Shown: one piece after another, positions 48,507 through 58,343 of the stretch
Layout of the letters: each line of letters begins with the position of its first letter
Numbering within the stretch: the first letter of the stretch is position 1
DNA from: Lysobacterales bacterium
GTDB taxonomy: Bacteria; Pseudomonadota; Gammaproteobacteria; Xanthomonadales; SZUA-5
Assembly (NCBI GenBank): GCA_022844165.1
Contig: JALHMH010000002.1
Span: 64,001-128,000, forward strand
DNA: 64,000 nucleotides
Direction of reading: 5' to 3'
The notes under the pieces: generated by a model
Databases searched by the model: none
The model's input: only the letters and a program-made list of their open reading frames with translations
What the model was told of the DNA's origin: nothing
Made by a program: the position numbers and the translations under genes

Positions 48507-48905
48507 ATGCTGTTCTTCTTCCCGACCCAGACTGTCGCAGTGGTAAGCGCGCCATACGAGCGCCCCTATGCAGATCCAATCTCGCTCAAGGCCGGCGACC
48601 GCGTGCAGATTGACGCCGAGAAAACGAAGGAGACAGACATACTCGGCTGGTCGTGGTGCACGGGACCTGACCGTCGACAAGGTTGGGTACCAAACGGCTG
48701 GATCACGCATCAGTCCGGCACTGCACAGATCGTGCGCGACTTCAACGCGCTTGAGCTCACCATCAAGGTAGGAGATCGCGTTACCCTACACCACAGCGAG
48801 AGTGGATTCGTTTTCGTCACTCACGAAGACGGAGCTGCTGGCTGGGTTCCGGATGCTTGTCTGCAGCTGCTTCAAGATTGGGAGAGTAACTATCCTGCCG
48901 CGTAG
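48507..48905 (+). CDS. Tandem SH3-domain protein
   Basis: YADPISLKAGD, GWSWC, GWVP twice, RDFNALELTIKVGD. Confidence 0.85.
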   Translation: MLFFFPTQTVAVVSAPYERPYADPISLKAGDRVQIDAEKTKETDILGWSWCTGPDRRQGWVPNGWITHQSGTAQIVRDFNALELTIKVGDRVTLHHSESGFVFVTHEDGAAGWVPDACLQLLQDWESNYPAA

Positions 48906-48911
48906 CGGACC

Positions 48912-48954
48912 TGACCCGGTCCTTGACCCGTCGCTCTTGACCCGTCCTTGACCC
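48912..48954. repeat. Four TGACCC motifs in 43 bp
   Basis: TGACCC at 48912, 48924, 48938 and 48949. Confidence 0.6.
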
Positions 48955-50064
48955 CGCCCATGGCCGAACCGCGAGACGACCACGTCGTGCGGCGGCCGCC
49001 ACAACGATCTGCGCTGCTGGCTTCCTGAGCTGAGACGCTTGGAGCGATCGTGAGCCGTTTTTTGCTCGCAGTCCGCGTTTCTAGATGTACGTTCAACAAC
49101 GGGAGTTCTGCCGTGCGCTACTCGCTTTCTGTTCCCTGTGCCCTGTTTCTGATCTCGGTCGTCACCGCCGACGTTGCTGCCGCAAGCTCGAGTCCGGAGC
49201 CAGGCAACGACTATCGCTGCATGATCGAGCTCGATTCCGCGCGCCAACCGCAAGCACGGCTTCGCTGCGAGCACGGCGTCGACGAATCGGAAATCGAGGG
49301 CTCGGCTGAACATCCGCAAGCGACGCGAAACGCCGAACCGATTCCGGTCCCGTGGGATTCGCCCCGGACTTGAGGCCGCTTGAAGCACAGTCCGCATTTC
49401 GGGCTTTTCGATGACGGCGCGTAAGCGATCGACTGCACCCAGGGATACATCGCAGATTTCCCGGTGGGCGAATTGCGGATTTTTCCGGGGTACCTGCATC
49501 TGAGCTTCCATGGCAAAGCCGATGGCCTGGATCGATTGCGAGCGGTCGCCGATGGACTTTCCGACGACGGTTGGCTTGTGTGGACCCGAAGGACGCGGGC
49601 TTTGCCACCGGCTCGCCAACGCGCATGCAGTCGTTCGACGAATTGCTCGGCAGCTAGTCTGCTGCGAGAATGGGTTTGAGGCATCGCACTCGACTTAAGC
49701 TGGGACGACGGGGACGGCCGCACCGCTCGCATCGAGTTTGTGCGCGCGAGCGGTTGCTCGTTACCGGATCCGATGACGCTGCTGAAAGCCCGCGTGATCA
49801 AAGTGGACTACGGTGAAGGTGCGACCGAATTCGAAGACCTGCAGCTGGCGTTCGACACCGGCGCGGTGTTACAGATACACGGCTGCTTATTCAACAAGGG
49901 AATCGTCTCGCCGCCACGCCGGCGTGCGCGCTGATTCGGGAAGAGCGGATCGGGCGACAGAAGATCGACAAGTAGGCACACTTGCTAGCGCCGACCACGA
50001 TCGGCGCCTTCGTCATTCCGACCTGTCGAAGCTCAACGTCCACCTTCACTCGGGTTTGCAGTTT

Positions 50065-50667
50065 ATGTCCTGGACATCTTCGCTATTTGCTTGCCTCGTC
50101 CCGCTCGCATCGGCAACCGATGGTCGTAACGCTCGTCAGCTCATTGCCGATACGACCGACATCGCTGAGCACGTCTTCGCGTCGTCGCGAAACGGCGCGC
50201 TGCCTGCGAATCTGAAGCTGGTCTGCGCGGGCTCGACGCACGGACAGCGCTTGTACTTGCTTGGCGATGAAGCAGTTCTCTTCGGCGCATCGCTTCGCGA
50301 GCAGTACGATCTGCTGGGTCGATTGCTCGCAGAGATCGAGCGCTCACCGTCCTTGGTGGTTGAAGCCATGAAGGAGCCATTTGAACCCTCGGGCGTACTG
50401 CTCTCGGAAGGATTCCACCCCGTTCCATTCGAACGGGTGTACCCGACGAATGCGGTGGTAAAGCATGGATGGATCTATGCGTACAACGAGGCGCAAATCC
50501 TGGCGTTACTGGCCTCAGCGCCGTGCCGCCCGCAGCCCTGCCCTGACGGCGACGACGATGGCGAGAGCCTCGAGTTTGTGTTTGCGCTGTTGAAGTCCCA
50601 TCGCGCCCTGTTAGCTCTGGCTATGGAACGCGATGCCGCGATCGCGTTTGCAGAAATGAGCGACTGA
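50065..50667 (+). CDS. Hypothetical protein
   Basis: 200-aa ORF with globular composition; no family recognised. Confidence 0.6.
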   Translation: MSWTSSLFACLVPLASATDGRNARQLIADTTDIAEHVFASSRNGALPANLKLVCAGSTHGQRLYLLGDEAVLFGASLREQYDLLGRLLAEIERSPSLVVEAMKEPFEPSGVLLSEGFHPVPFERVYPTNAVVKHGWIYAYNEAQILALLASAPCRPQPCPDGDDDGESLEFVFALLKSHRALLALAMERDAAIAFAEMSD

Positions 50668-50871
50668 ACAGGGGCCCGGCTTTCACTTTGCGGCGGCCCG
50701 ACTTCGAATGGCACGCTCAGGCGGGACTCGCCGAGCGTCCGCAGTTTGTATTCGAATAGCAGCGATGCATGCCGACGCCGACGCGTCGACTTCTCGGCTC
50801 GTGCGAATGTCGCCAGTTCTGCGTTTTTTGTTCGAGCAATGACAAACGAAGCTGTGGCTTTACATTTACGG

Positions 50872-50904
50872 CTACATCTGTAGTCTTTATGCCTACACAC
50901 GTAG
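50872..50904. promoter_or_regulatory. Two BlaI/CopY-type operators
   Basis: CTACA-TC-TGTAG (50872-50883) and CTACA-CA-CGTAG (50893-50904) directly upstream of blaI. Confidence 0.8.
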
Positions 50905-50917
50905 TCTAAAGAGCGAT

Positions 50918-51283
50918 ATGGAACTCCCTGATGCTGAACTTGCCGTGCTGGAGGCGCTGTGGCGGGATGCGCCTCAATCGGCCGAGCAGCTCACCATGGC
51001 ACTGGCTGCCACGCGCGCCTGGAAACTGAACACGGTGAAAACACTACTGGCACGGATGCTGGCGCGCGGCGCCGTACGGCACGAGAAGGACGGTCGACGC
51101 TTTCTTTACTGGCCGGTGTGGGAGCGCAGAACCTTTCTCACCCAGGCCACGCGCCAGCTGCTCGACAGCTTCTTCGGCGGCAAGGTCACGCCTTTGGTCG
51201 CGCACTTGTCCAGCCAGCGCAAGCTGAGCGCGGCGGATCGACGCGCGTTGCGCGAGTTGCTCGACAGCTGGGAACAGCGCTGA
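50918..51283 (+). CDS. BlaI/MecI/CopY family repressor
   Basis: AELAVLEALW, WKLNTVKTLLARM, DGRRFLY, FFGGKVTPLVAH. Confidence 0.92.
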   Translation: MELPDAELAVLEALWRDAPQSAEQLTMALAATRAWKLNTVKTLLARMLARGAVRHEKDGRRFLYWPVWERRTFLTQATRQLLDSFFGGKVTPLVAHLSSQRKLSAADRRALRELLDSWEQR

Positions 51284-52053
51284 TGGCCGTCTTGATCGAG
51301 GCCGTGTTGCTGTTCAACCTGGGGCTGATCGCGGTCCTGGTGTTGCGCCGGCCCAGCCAGCATCTCTTTGGCGCCCATGCCAGTTACGGGTGGTGGGCCT
51401 TGCCCTGGCTGTTGGCCGGCAGTTCGCTGGCACCGACGCCGCTCGCGCCGGTATTGCAAGTTGGCAATGTTGCCGCACCACCGCTGGCGCAGGCGGTGGC
51501 CACGGCCGCCGGCATTCCCTGGTTGCTGCCGCTGTGGGGCGCCGGTCTGGCGTGCTGTCTTCTGCTTGCCTTGCGTTCCATTCTGCGGTTGCGCGCCCAG
51601 CTCAGGCCCACGACGCAGACCATCGAACTGGCCGGGCGGCGGCTGCGCGTCGCACATGCGGATTTCGGTCCGGCCGTGTTCGGCCTCTGGCGACCCTGGC
51701 TGGTCCTCCCGGAAGCCGCTGCCGCAACACTGAGCGAACACGATCAGCGTCTCGCCCTGGCGCACGAGGGCGCACACCTCAAACTATCGTCGTTTCGCCC
51801 TGGGCCGAGGCACCGCTCGCGGCGCGCGGGCAATGGACGGCCCAGGACTGAGCACGCCGCAGCCTGGGATACACACTGTCCGCCAAGAGCAAATACCGAG
51901 CATCCGGGCAGCGACGCCGAGCAGCGCAGAGAGCCTCGCGGCGCGCTGAAGCCGACGCGCGACCAGGCCAACCATCCCGAGCCGACAACCGCCGTAGCTC
52001 CGCATCCGTGCCGCGGTATGCTCGCACAACCCAGGCGTCGCTCTTCGATCTGA
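51283..52053 (+). pseudogene. Truncated BlaR1-type M56 peptidase
   Basis: LRRP...FGA...Y.WW, GPAVFGLWRP, ALAHEGAHLK; then unrelated sequence after about 51783. Confidence 0.75.
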
Positions 52054-52101
52054 CGCCTGCATTTGGCGACCGGACGCCGACATTCTGTTCGTGGCCGTTC
52101 G

Positions 52102-54819
52102 TCACTGCGGTGCGGCGTCGTCTGCAGCTGCAGCGCAGCGATCGGCTCGGCCAAGTTGGCAGCTCAGCGCGCGAAGCGCCGCAATGCGACCGAGGCTGGC
52201 CTGGTCTGCGGCATGCTTGGGCCAGCTTGCTAACAGCGACTCGGACAATGTAAGAGCCTCGGCGCGGCTGCGAGGGTTTTTGGCCAGCGCAGCTGCCAAC
52301 CGCGAGCTCATATCCAAATAGCCAAAGTGCTCCGACCCATAGGTCTTTTCGATGAGGCGCGCGGCTTCTCGCCATTGCGCAGCGGCGCCGACGAAATCCC
52401 GACGCGCTTCATGGGTTTTTGCCCAACGCTGCGCGATCAGCGCGTTCTGATAGGCATCAGGTCCAAGCAATTTTCGTAATTGGATTGCGGCCTCAGCTTG
52501 CAGAGCATGCGCTTCCTCAAGACGGCCGCGCAGCATCAACGCCTCGCCCAGTTGCGCCTGGCTGAACCACGCAAGCCCGGTCTTCAGGCCACCAGTTTCG
52601 CGCCGTAACCGCAGAGCTTCGCGCAGATCGACTTCCGCACGCGCGCCGTCGCCAAGCTCCAGATAGGTGCCGCCGCGGGTCGCGAGCAGTTGTGCGCGTA
52701 GATTCGCATCTCCTGCGGGCAATGCGGCTTCAGCCTCGACAAGTGCCGCAATCGCTTTTTTGTTGTCGCCAGCATCGCGCTCGACGCTCGCCAATCGCAC
52801 CAGCGCTTCCACCACCATCCCATGTGGTTCACCGAAGCGTTCGCGCGCCACGCGAACCGAACGCGCCAACAGCAGCCGCGCTTCGTCGAAGTTCTGCGCG
52901 CGGCGCAGAATTTCGCCCCGGGTCAACAGCGGCCGCGCAAGACGACCATCGCGGTCGCCGAAGGCTTGCTCGATCGCCTCAATCGCGCTGCGCGCTGCGA
53001 CCTCGGCCCCGGCGTCTTCGCGCAATTGTTCAAGGACAATCGCGAGCACCGTGCGCGCTTGAATGCGTTCCGGATCGGTTGCTGGCAATCCTGCGGCGAG
53101 CAATTCATCCGCTCGTTCGGCGGCCGCACGGGCGTCCGCGAAACGCGCCAGAATGACCAGGCTGAGAGCACGCTTGGAGTCGATCCGGGCGGCCTCGACG
53201 CTTTGCGGTCCATGCACCTGCTCCGCAGCAGACAGCGCTTGCGCGAACAAACGATCCGCATCGTCATGGCGAAGCTCGCGCATCGCCCACTGCGCCAATA
53301 GGGCGTCGATTTCCGCTCCCAGAGCGAGATCGTTGACACCCTCGCTGAGCGCGCGAGCACGCAACAGCGTCGCTTCTGCGGCCTTGCCATCGCCGAGATT
53401 CAGTTGCGACTCGCCGAGTACGCGCAACAGCTGTGCGGCGACTTGCGGTTCGCTGGCCAGTTCCGGCTCGACCCGTGCGGCAGCCTGCGCCAGCAGTTGT
53501 TTTGGCGTTCGATTTTCGCTGATATTGCGGGCCAGCGGATCTTGTTCGCGAAACAGCGATGCCAAGAAGCTGGTGATGCGCTCGGCTCGGGTGAGCTCGC
53601 GTGCAGCGCGATCGGCTTCGGCGCGCGCGTCGGCCGCAGCTGCCTGGGCGCGTTGCGCCTGCCATAGCGCCACGCCGGAACCGACGAGCAACGCAACCAG
53701 AGCGCTGGTACCCAAGGCCAGCCCCAGTCGATTGCGTTGCGCCCACTTGGACCAGCGGTAGCGTCGCGTTGGCGCGCGTGCATGCACAGGTTGCTGGGCA
53801 AGAAAGCGACGCAGGTCCTCAGCCATAGCGTCCGCACTGGCGTAACGTAATGCAGGCTCAAGACGCATCGCTTTGAATACGATCGCATCCAGGTCCCCGC
53901 GCAGGCGCTGCCGAAGATATGGCAGCGCAACCGTCTGCGGTCCCGCCGACAGTGTGCTGGTCTCTTCAGCATCGAGCGCCGCCAGAATCTGGCTCAAATT
54001 GCGTTCTTCGCGGCTCGGCGGCAGCACACCGGCCAACAACCGAAACATCAACAGCCCGAGCGCATAGATGTCGGTCGCTGTGGAGATTTCCCCGCTCAGC
54101 AACTGCTCAGGCGCGGCATAGCTCGGGGTCAAAGCGTTCGCCGTACTGTTGTTGTCGGAGCACTCATCGAGCAATTTCGAGATGCCGAAATCCAGCAACT
54201 TTACCGTGCCCGTGTGCTCGACGAACAGGTTGTTCGGTTTCAAATCGCGATGCACGATCAGGTGCTGGTGCGCATGCGAAACGGCGTCGCATACATCGAT
54301 CAGCAGCCGTACGCGTGCCTCGAGTGCCAGCGCGTGCTGTTCGCACCATTCGGTGATCGGCACGCCCTCCACATAGTCCAGCGCCATCCACGGGAAACCC
54401 GCGTCGTCGAGACCAGCATCAATGAAGCGCGCGACGTTCGGGTGATTCAGTTTGGCGAGGATTCGACGTTCTTGATGCAATCGCTGGCTCAACCGCAGTG
54501 ATGCGCTGCGTACGCTCTTCACGGCGACTTTCTGCTCTGCTGCGGCATCGCTGCGCTCGCACAACCAGACATCGCCCATACCGCCGCTGCCCAATCTTCT
54601 CAGCACTCGCCAAGGGCCAATCTGGCGCGGCGCGGCTTCATCCGGCACTGGCTGGCGGTTGCTCGACAAGTTCTGGCTGATGCGAGCGAGCTTCAACACG
54701 CGCGCAACTGCATCTTCGTCGCGCCACTGGCTGGGTATATCCTCAAGAACGATGGCCTCGTTGGCAACGATACGCGCGCTGAGATCCTCGACTAGCTGTT
54801 CTAACGACGCGTATGCCAT
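52102..54819 (-). CDS. Membrane Ser/Thr protein kinase with TPR repeats
   Basis: LGSGGMGDV, VAVK, HRDLKPNN, DFG, TPSYAAPEQ, TM segment, TPR-like C-terminus. Confidence 0.93.
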   Translation of the reverse strand: MAYASLEQLVEDLSARIVANEAIVLEDIPSQWRDEDAVARVLKLARISQNLSSNRQPVPDEAAPRQIGPWRVLRRLGSGGMGDVWLCERSDAAAEQKVAVKSVRSASLRLSQRLHQERRILAKLNHPNVARFIDAGLDDAGFPWMALDYVEGVPITEWCEQHALALEARVRLLIDVCDAVSHAHQHLIVHRDLKPNNLFVEHTGTVKLLDFGISKLLDECSDNNSTANALTPSYAAPEQLLSGEISTATDIYALGLLMFRLLAGVLPPSREERNLSQILAALDAEETSTLSAGPQTVALPYLRQRLRGDLDAIVFKAMRLEPALRYASADAMAEDLRRFLAQQPVHARAPTRRYRWSKWAQRNRLGLALGTSALVALLVGSGVALWQAQRAQAAAADARAEADRAARELTRAERITSFLASLFREQDPLARNISENRTPKQLLAQAAARVEPELASEPQVAAQLLRVLGESQLNLGDGKAAEATLLRARALSEGVNDLALGAEIDALLAQWAMRELRHDDADRLFAQALSAAEQVHGPQSVEAARIDSKRALSLVILARFADARAAAERADELLAAGLPATDPERIQARTVLAIVLEQLREDAGAEVAARSAIEAIEQAFGDRDGRLARPLLTRGEILRRAQNFDEARLLLARSVRVARERFGEPHGMVVEALVRLASVERDAGDNKKAIAALVEAEAALPAGDANLRAQLLATRGGTYLELGDGARAEVDLREALRLRRETGGLKTGLAWFSQAQLGEALMLRGRLEEAHALQAEAAIQLRKLLGPDAYQNALIAQRWAKTHEARRDFVGAAAQWREAARLIEKTYGSEHFGYLDMSSRLAAALAKNPRSRAEALTLSESLLASWPKHAADQASLGRIAALRALSCQLGRADRCAAAADDAAPQ

Positions 54820-54985
54820 GGTCTCGGGCCCTGCCAAAGTGCGTCCCTATTGGGATTGTCCACGCGCCGTCTTTACCGACGGCGTTGACGCCTGCGCTAC
54901 ACTGAGTCCGACGGTGCGAAACAAGCGCGGCTCTTGCCGTTTTCCTTCACCGTCAACGCTAAGCCAACATCGACGATGAATACAA

Positions 54986-55546
54986 TTGACTGAATCCGTC
55001 CATACCACGTCGCTGCTCCTAAAACGCATGCGGGAGGGCGATAGCGCCGCACGCACTGCGCTTATCGCCCGCATCCAGCCGCTGCTCATGCGCTTTGCCC
55101 ATGGTCGATTACCTGGCCTGTTGCGCAGCAGCCAGGACACCGCCGATTTGTTGCAGATGACCTGGATCAAGGCTCTCGATCGCATCGAGGATATCGAGTG
55201 CAAGAAAGCCGGAGCGTTGTTCGCGTATTTGCGCACCGTGTTGGTCAACACCCTGCGCGAGGAACTGCGTCGGCACAACGGCGACCCGCAGCGCGAAGAC
55301 GAATCCGCGCTCCAGTCGCTGCCGGCCGCTGGCGGCGCCCCAGACGATTGGATCGCATACGAGCAGATGCTTGGTAGTCTGGACGAATCGCATCGCACGC
55401 TGATGGTGATGCGATTCGAATTCGGCATGAGTTTTGCGGAAATTGGCGATGAGCTTGAGCTGAGCGCCGACGCCGTCCGCATGCAGCTCAATCGCGCGGT
55501 GCAAAGACTCGCAAGAATGGAATCGGAACAGCGTTCGCCGTCCTGA
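54986..55546 (+). CDS. ECF sigma-70 factor
   Basis: GDSAARTAL, DTADLLQ, GMSFAEIG, AVRMQLNRA. Confidence 0.9.
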   Translation: MTESVHTTSLLLKRMREGDSAARTALIARIQPLLMRFAHGRLPGLLRSSQDTADLLQMTWIKALDRIEDIECKKAGALFAYLRTVLVNTLREELRRHNGDPQREDESALQSLPAAGGAPDDWIAYEQMLGSLDESHRTLMVMRFEFGMSFAEIGDELELSADAVRMQLNRAVQRLARMESEQRSPS

Positions 55547-55575
55547 CGCCCATTGCACGCCACCGAATGCATCGA

Positions 55576-57996
55576 TCAACCCTCAAAGCCGTCGGCGAAC
55601 AGCCGCGAGTCGTAAGCGACGCAGCTGCTCACTTCAGAGGTGCTACGCGGCACGACGAAGACGCCGGTTGATAGCTTGGTGGCGGTCGCAACGATGCGTC
55701 GTGGTGTAGCAAAGAAGTTCGTATCGCCCGGCACGATGATCGGCAAGTCGAAATCCATCGTACCGTTGGTGGTCGCCGTACCGTTGCTGATCGTAATCGT
55801 CGAGCTTCCCAACCATGTCACGGGTTGGCCACCGGGTATCGGCGGAATCGGCAGCACGGCACAGTTGATTGCATCGTAAAAGTCGATGCGATAACTGCCA
55901 TTGGCGGAAGCCAACGAACCCTGCGCGCGCCCCTGCGCCGAATTGCCCGCGGCCGCAGTGAGCCCAGGCCGGTTCTGGCCGAAGTTCGCGGCACCCGCTG
56001 GCGGCAAGGCATTGTTGCCATCGGCGCTGGTGCCATCGTCGCCCAGATCGATGGGCTGCTGGCCATTGTCGATGATGACGTTACGCAAGATGGCGTTCTC
56101 GACGCCGCCTGCCAGCACCACGCCGTCGTCGCCGTTGTACTGGATGCTGTTGCGCTCAACACGGTTGTTGCTCGCTTGATCGTCGAAGCGTACGCCATCT
56201 TCGTCGTTCCCCAGCGTGACGTCGCAGAGAATCACACACAGCGCCGGCAAGCCGATTCGGTTTTCGCGGATCTGGTTGGAGCGCGCATTCGCGCCAAGCA
56301 GCAGCACGCCGTGTCGGGTGTTGTTGCTGATGACGTTGGCGCGCACTTCGTTGTTGCGCCCACTGATCGCAACGCCATCGCGGTTACCGTCGGTCGCTAA
56401 GGAACCACTGGGTCCGACACCGATGTAGTTATTCACTACGCGCGTCGCCTCCCCACTGGCCGCGATGGTCACGCCGGTGCTTGTTGTGTCGGAAAAGACA
56501 TTGCGCTCTTGCGGCGTTTCATCGCCGATTTGAACGCCACTGGTGATTGGGCCGCTGGGCGAACCGACCAAAACGCCGATACTGCTGGGTGCCAACGTCA
56601 GCAGGGACGCGGCGGGCCCCATTTGTCCGCCGACTTGGGAGCCGATCAGACGGTGACCGTTGCCGCCCTCGAAGTACACGGCAGTAAAGCCAAAGCCGCC
56701 AAAGCCGATGCCATCGATGGTGACCGACGCATCCGGGTTGTTGGACGTCCGGATGCCGCTCGACACGACGCCGCCGTCGGTGATCGCAATGCATCGCACC
56801 GCGTTGCTGCCATTGGCGAGCGTGTTGCGCGAAGCGCCAGGTTGGGTATAGCCATCGATGACCACCGAGTTGCTGATCGCCGGCAGCGAAGTAATCAAGA
56901 CGATATTGCGGGGTCCGCACGTGCTGCCGATGTCGAACTCGATGCGATTGACGTTGGGCTGCGCGTTGGCGTCGATGATCGCCTGGCGCAACGAGCCTAT
57001 GCCGCTGTCGTTGGTGTTTTGCACCACAATCGTGGTGGCCGTCGTGCCGACGGCCGACTCGAACGCCCCGCGATCCGGCGCATCGCCAAACCAGCGGAGA
57101 TTTCCTGGGAAGTCGAGCTGGGTCAGCAGGAACGAACTGGGGAAGCCACTATTGATCGCCGGAGAGACGCCTTGCAGGCGAAAATCCAGTAATGCGGCGT
57201 TGACGAACAGCGGGTCGCTGGTGATTGTGTTCGTCGGCGCTGAAGCGAGATTTGCTAAACCGGTTGCGCTTCCGTAGAGGTTGTTGCGAACGCTGATTTC
57301 CAACGGATCGTCCCCGGCCACGAATCGCAGGTCTACGCCGCCATTGTCCCAAAAGACATTGTTGCGAAGCACGCCGCTGCCGGGAAAAATGGCAACGGGC
57401 TTGAAATTGCGCGCGAAGGTATTGCCCTCGATCAAATAACTCCCAGATTCGGAACTGAGATCAAGCCCTTGCGGGAACCCGGAGCCGATTCGCGTGAACA
57501 GAGAATTGCGCAGCGTGATGCTATCGGCCAGAAAGCTCACGGTGCCGATGTCGTCGAAGAACGCGCGATCGACACTGAGCGATTCGTCTGGCCAAAGCCT
57601 GGCTGAGGTGGCGGATCGAAGGCGCAGGCGATCCAAGCTCAGGGCCGGCGTAAAGAAAGCCAGCTCCGATCCCGTCGCCAGCAATTGCGTTGCGCCAGGA
57701 TCGGCGATGCGCGAGGCGCAGCCTGCGTTGTAACCGCCGCGAATGCGCACCGCATGATCGCTGACACGACAGCTCGTATTGGCGAGATCGAAACAACTTC
57801 CTGTGAGAGTGTAGGCGCCGGTCACTAGTCGAATCTCGACATCGTCGTTTGCGCTGGCCAGGTAGGCGGTGTCGAGCTGGCTCACCGAGTTGACACAGAA
57901 GGTCTCCAGCGCTTGGGCTCGCGCACTAAAAAGACCCGAAAACAACGCAACGAAGGCGGCAGTCTTGCTACCGTAAAGAAAAGCGAAGTTCCGCAT
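55576..57996 (-). CDS. Secreted parallel beta-helix protein with FADGFE tail
   Basis: Signal peptide, DFRLQGVSPAINSG/DRGAFE, DSGIGSLRQAI, IDLGDDG, terminal LFADGFEG. Confidence 0.85.
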   Translation of the reverse strand: MRNFAFLYGSKTAAFVALFSGLFSARAQALETFCVNSVSQLDTAYLASANDDVEIRLVTGAYTLTGSCFDLANTSCRVSDHAVRIRGGYNAGCASRIADPGATQLLATGSELAFFTPALSLDRLRLRSATSARLWPDESLSVDRAFFDDIGTVSFLADSITLRNSLFTRIGSGFPQGLDLSSESGSYLIEGNTFARNFKPVAIFPGSGVLRNNVFWDNGGVDLRFVAGDDPLEISVRNNLYGSATGLANLASAPTNTITSDPLFVNAALLDFRLQGVSPAINSGFPSSFLLTQLDFPGNLRWFGDAPDRGAFESAVGTTATTIVVQNTNDSGIGSLRQAIIDANAQPNVNRIEFDIGSTCGPRNIVLITSLPAISNSVVIDGYTQPGASRNTLANGSNAVRCIAITDGGVVSSGIRTSNNPDASVTIDGIGFGGFGFTAVYFEGGNGHRLIGSQVGGQMGPAASLLTLAPSSIGVLVGSPSGPITSGVQIGDETPQERNVFSDTTSTGVTIAASGEATRVVNNYIGVGPSGSLATDGNRDGVAISGRNNEVRANVISNNTRHGVLLLGANARSNQIRENRIGLPALCVILCDVTLGNDEDGVRFDDQASNNRVERNSIQYNGDDGVVLAGGVENAILRNVIIDNGQQPIDLGDDGTSADGNNALPPAGAANFGQNRPGLTAAAGNSAQGRAQGSLASANGSYRIDFYDAINCAVLPIPPIPGGQPVTWLGSSTITISNGTATTNGTMDFDLPIIVPGDTNFFATPRRIVATATKLSTGVFVVPRSTSEVSSCVAYDSRLFADGFEG

Positions 57997-58184
57997 CGTG
58001 GGAGGTCCCTGGGCTTGGTCACCAGCAGAAATGCAATTTCCTGGCGAAAGCGAACGGGTCGATGTTCTCGCAACGATACGAGGATGAAGCAGTTTGCATC
58101 GACGGCTTCGGGCCGAACGCGTGGATCGGCGGGGGCGTCAAGCCATCACTGGGCAAAACCACCAAGCGCACCGACTGCTGCCAG

Positions 58185-58343
58185 TCACTTCTTGCGCGCA
58201 CCATAAGCCAGCGCGGCGAGGCCGGCGACGCCGACCAGAGGCGTTAGCCCACGGCCCAGTTGCGGGTGGCTGGCCCAGTACTGGGCGCCAGCGATCACGG
58301 CGAGGATGGCGACGGCGCTGATAACGATAACCTTGACGCTCAT
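58185..58343 (-). CDS. 52-aa two-TM peptide coupled to deaD
   Basis: MSVKVIVISAVAILAVIAGAQYW...VGVAGLAALAYGARKK; ATGA overlap with the deaD stop. Confidence 0.6.
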   Translation of the reverse strand: MSVKVIVISAVAILAVIAGAQYWASHPQLGRGLTPLVGVAGLAALAYGARKK

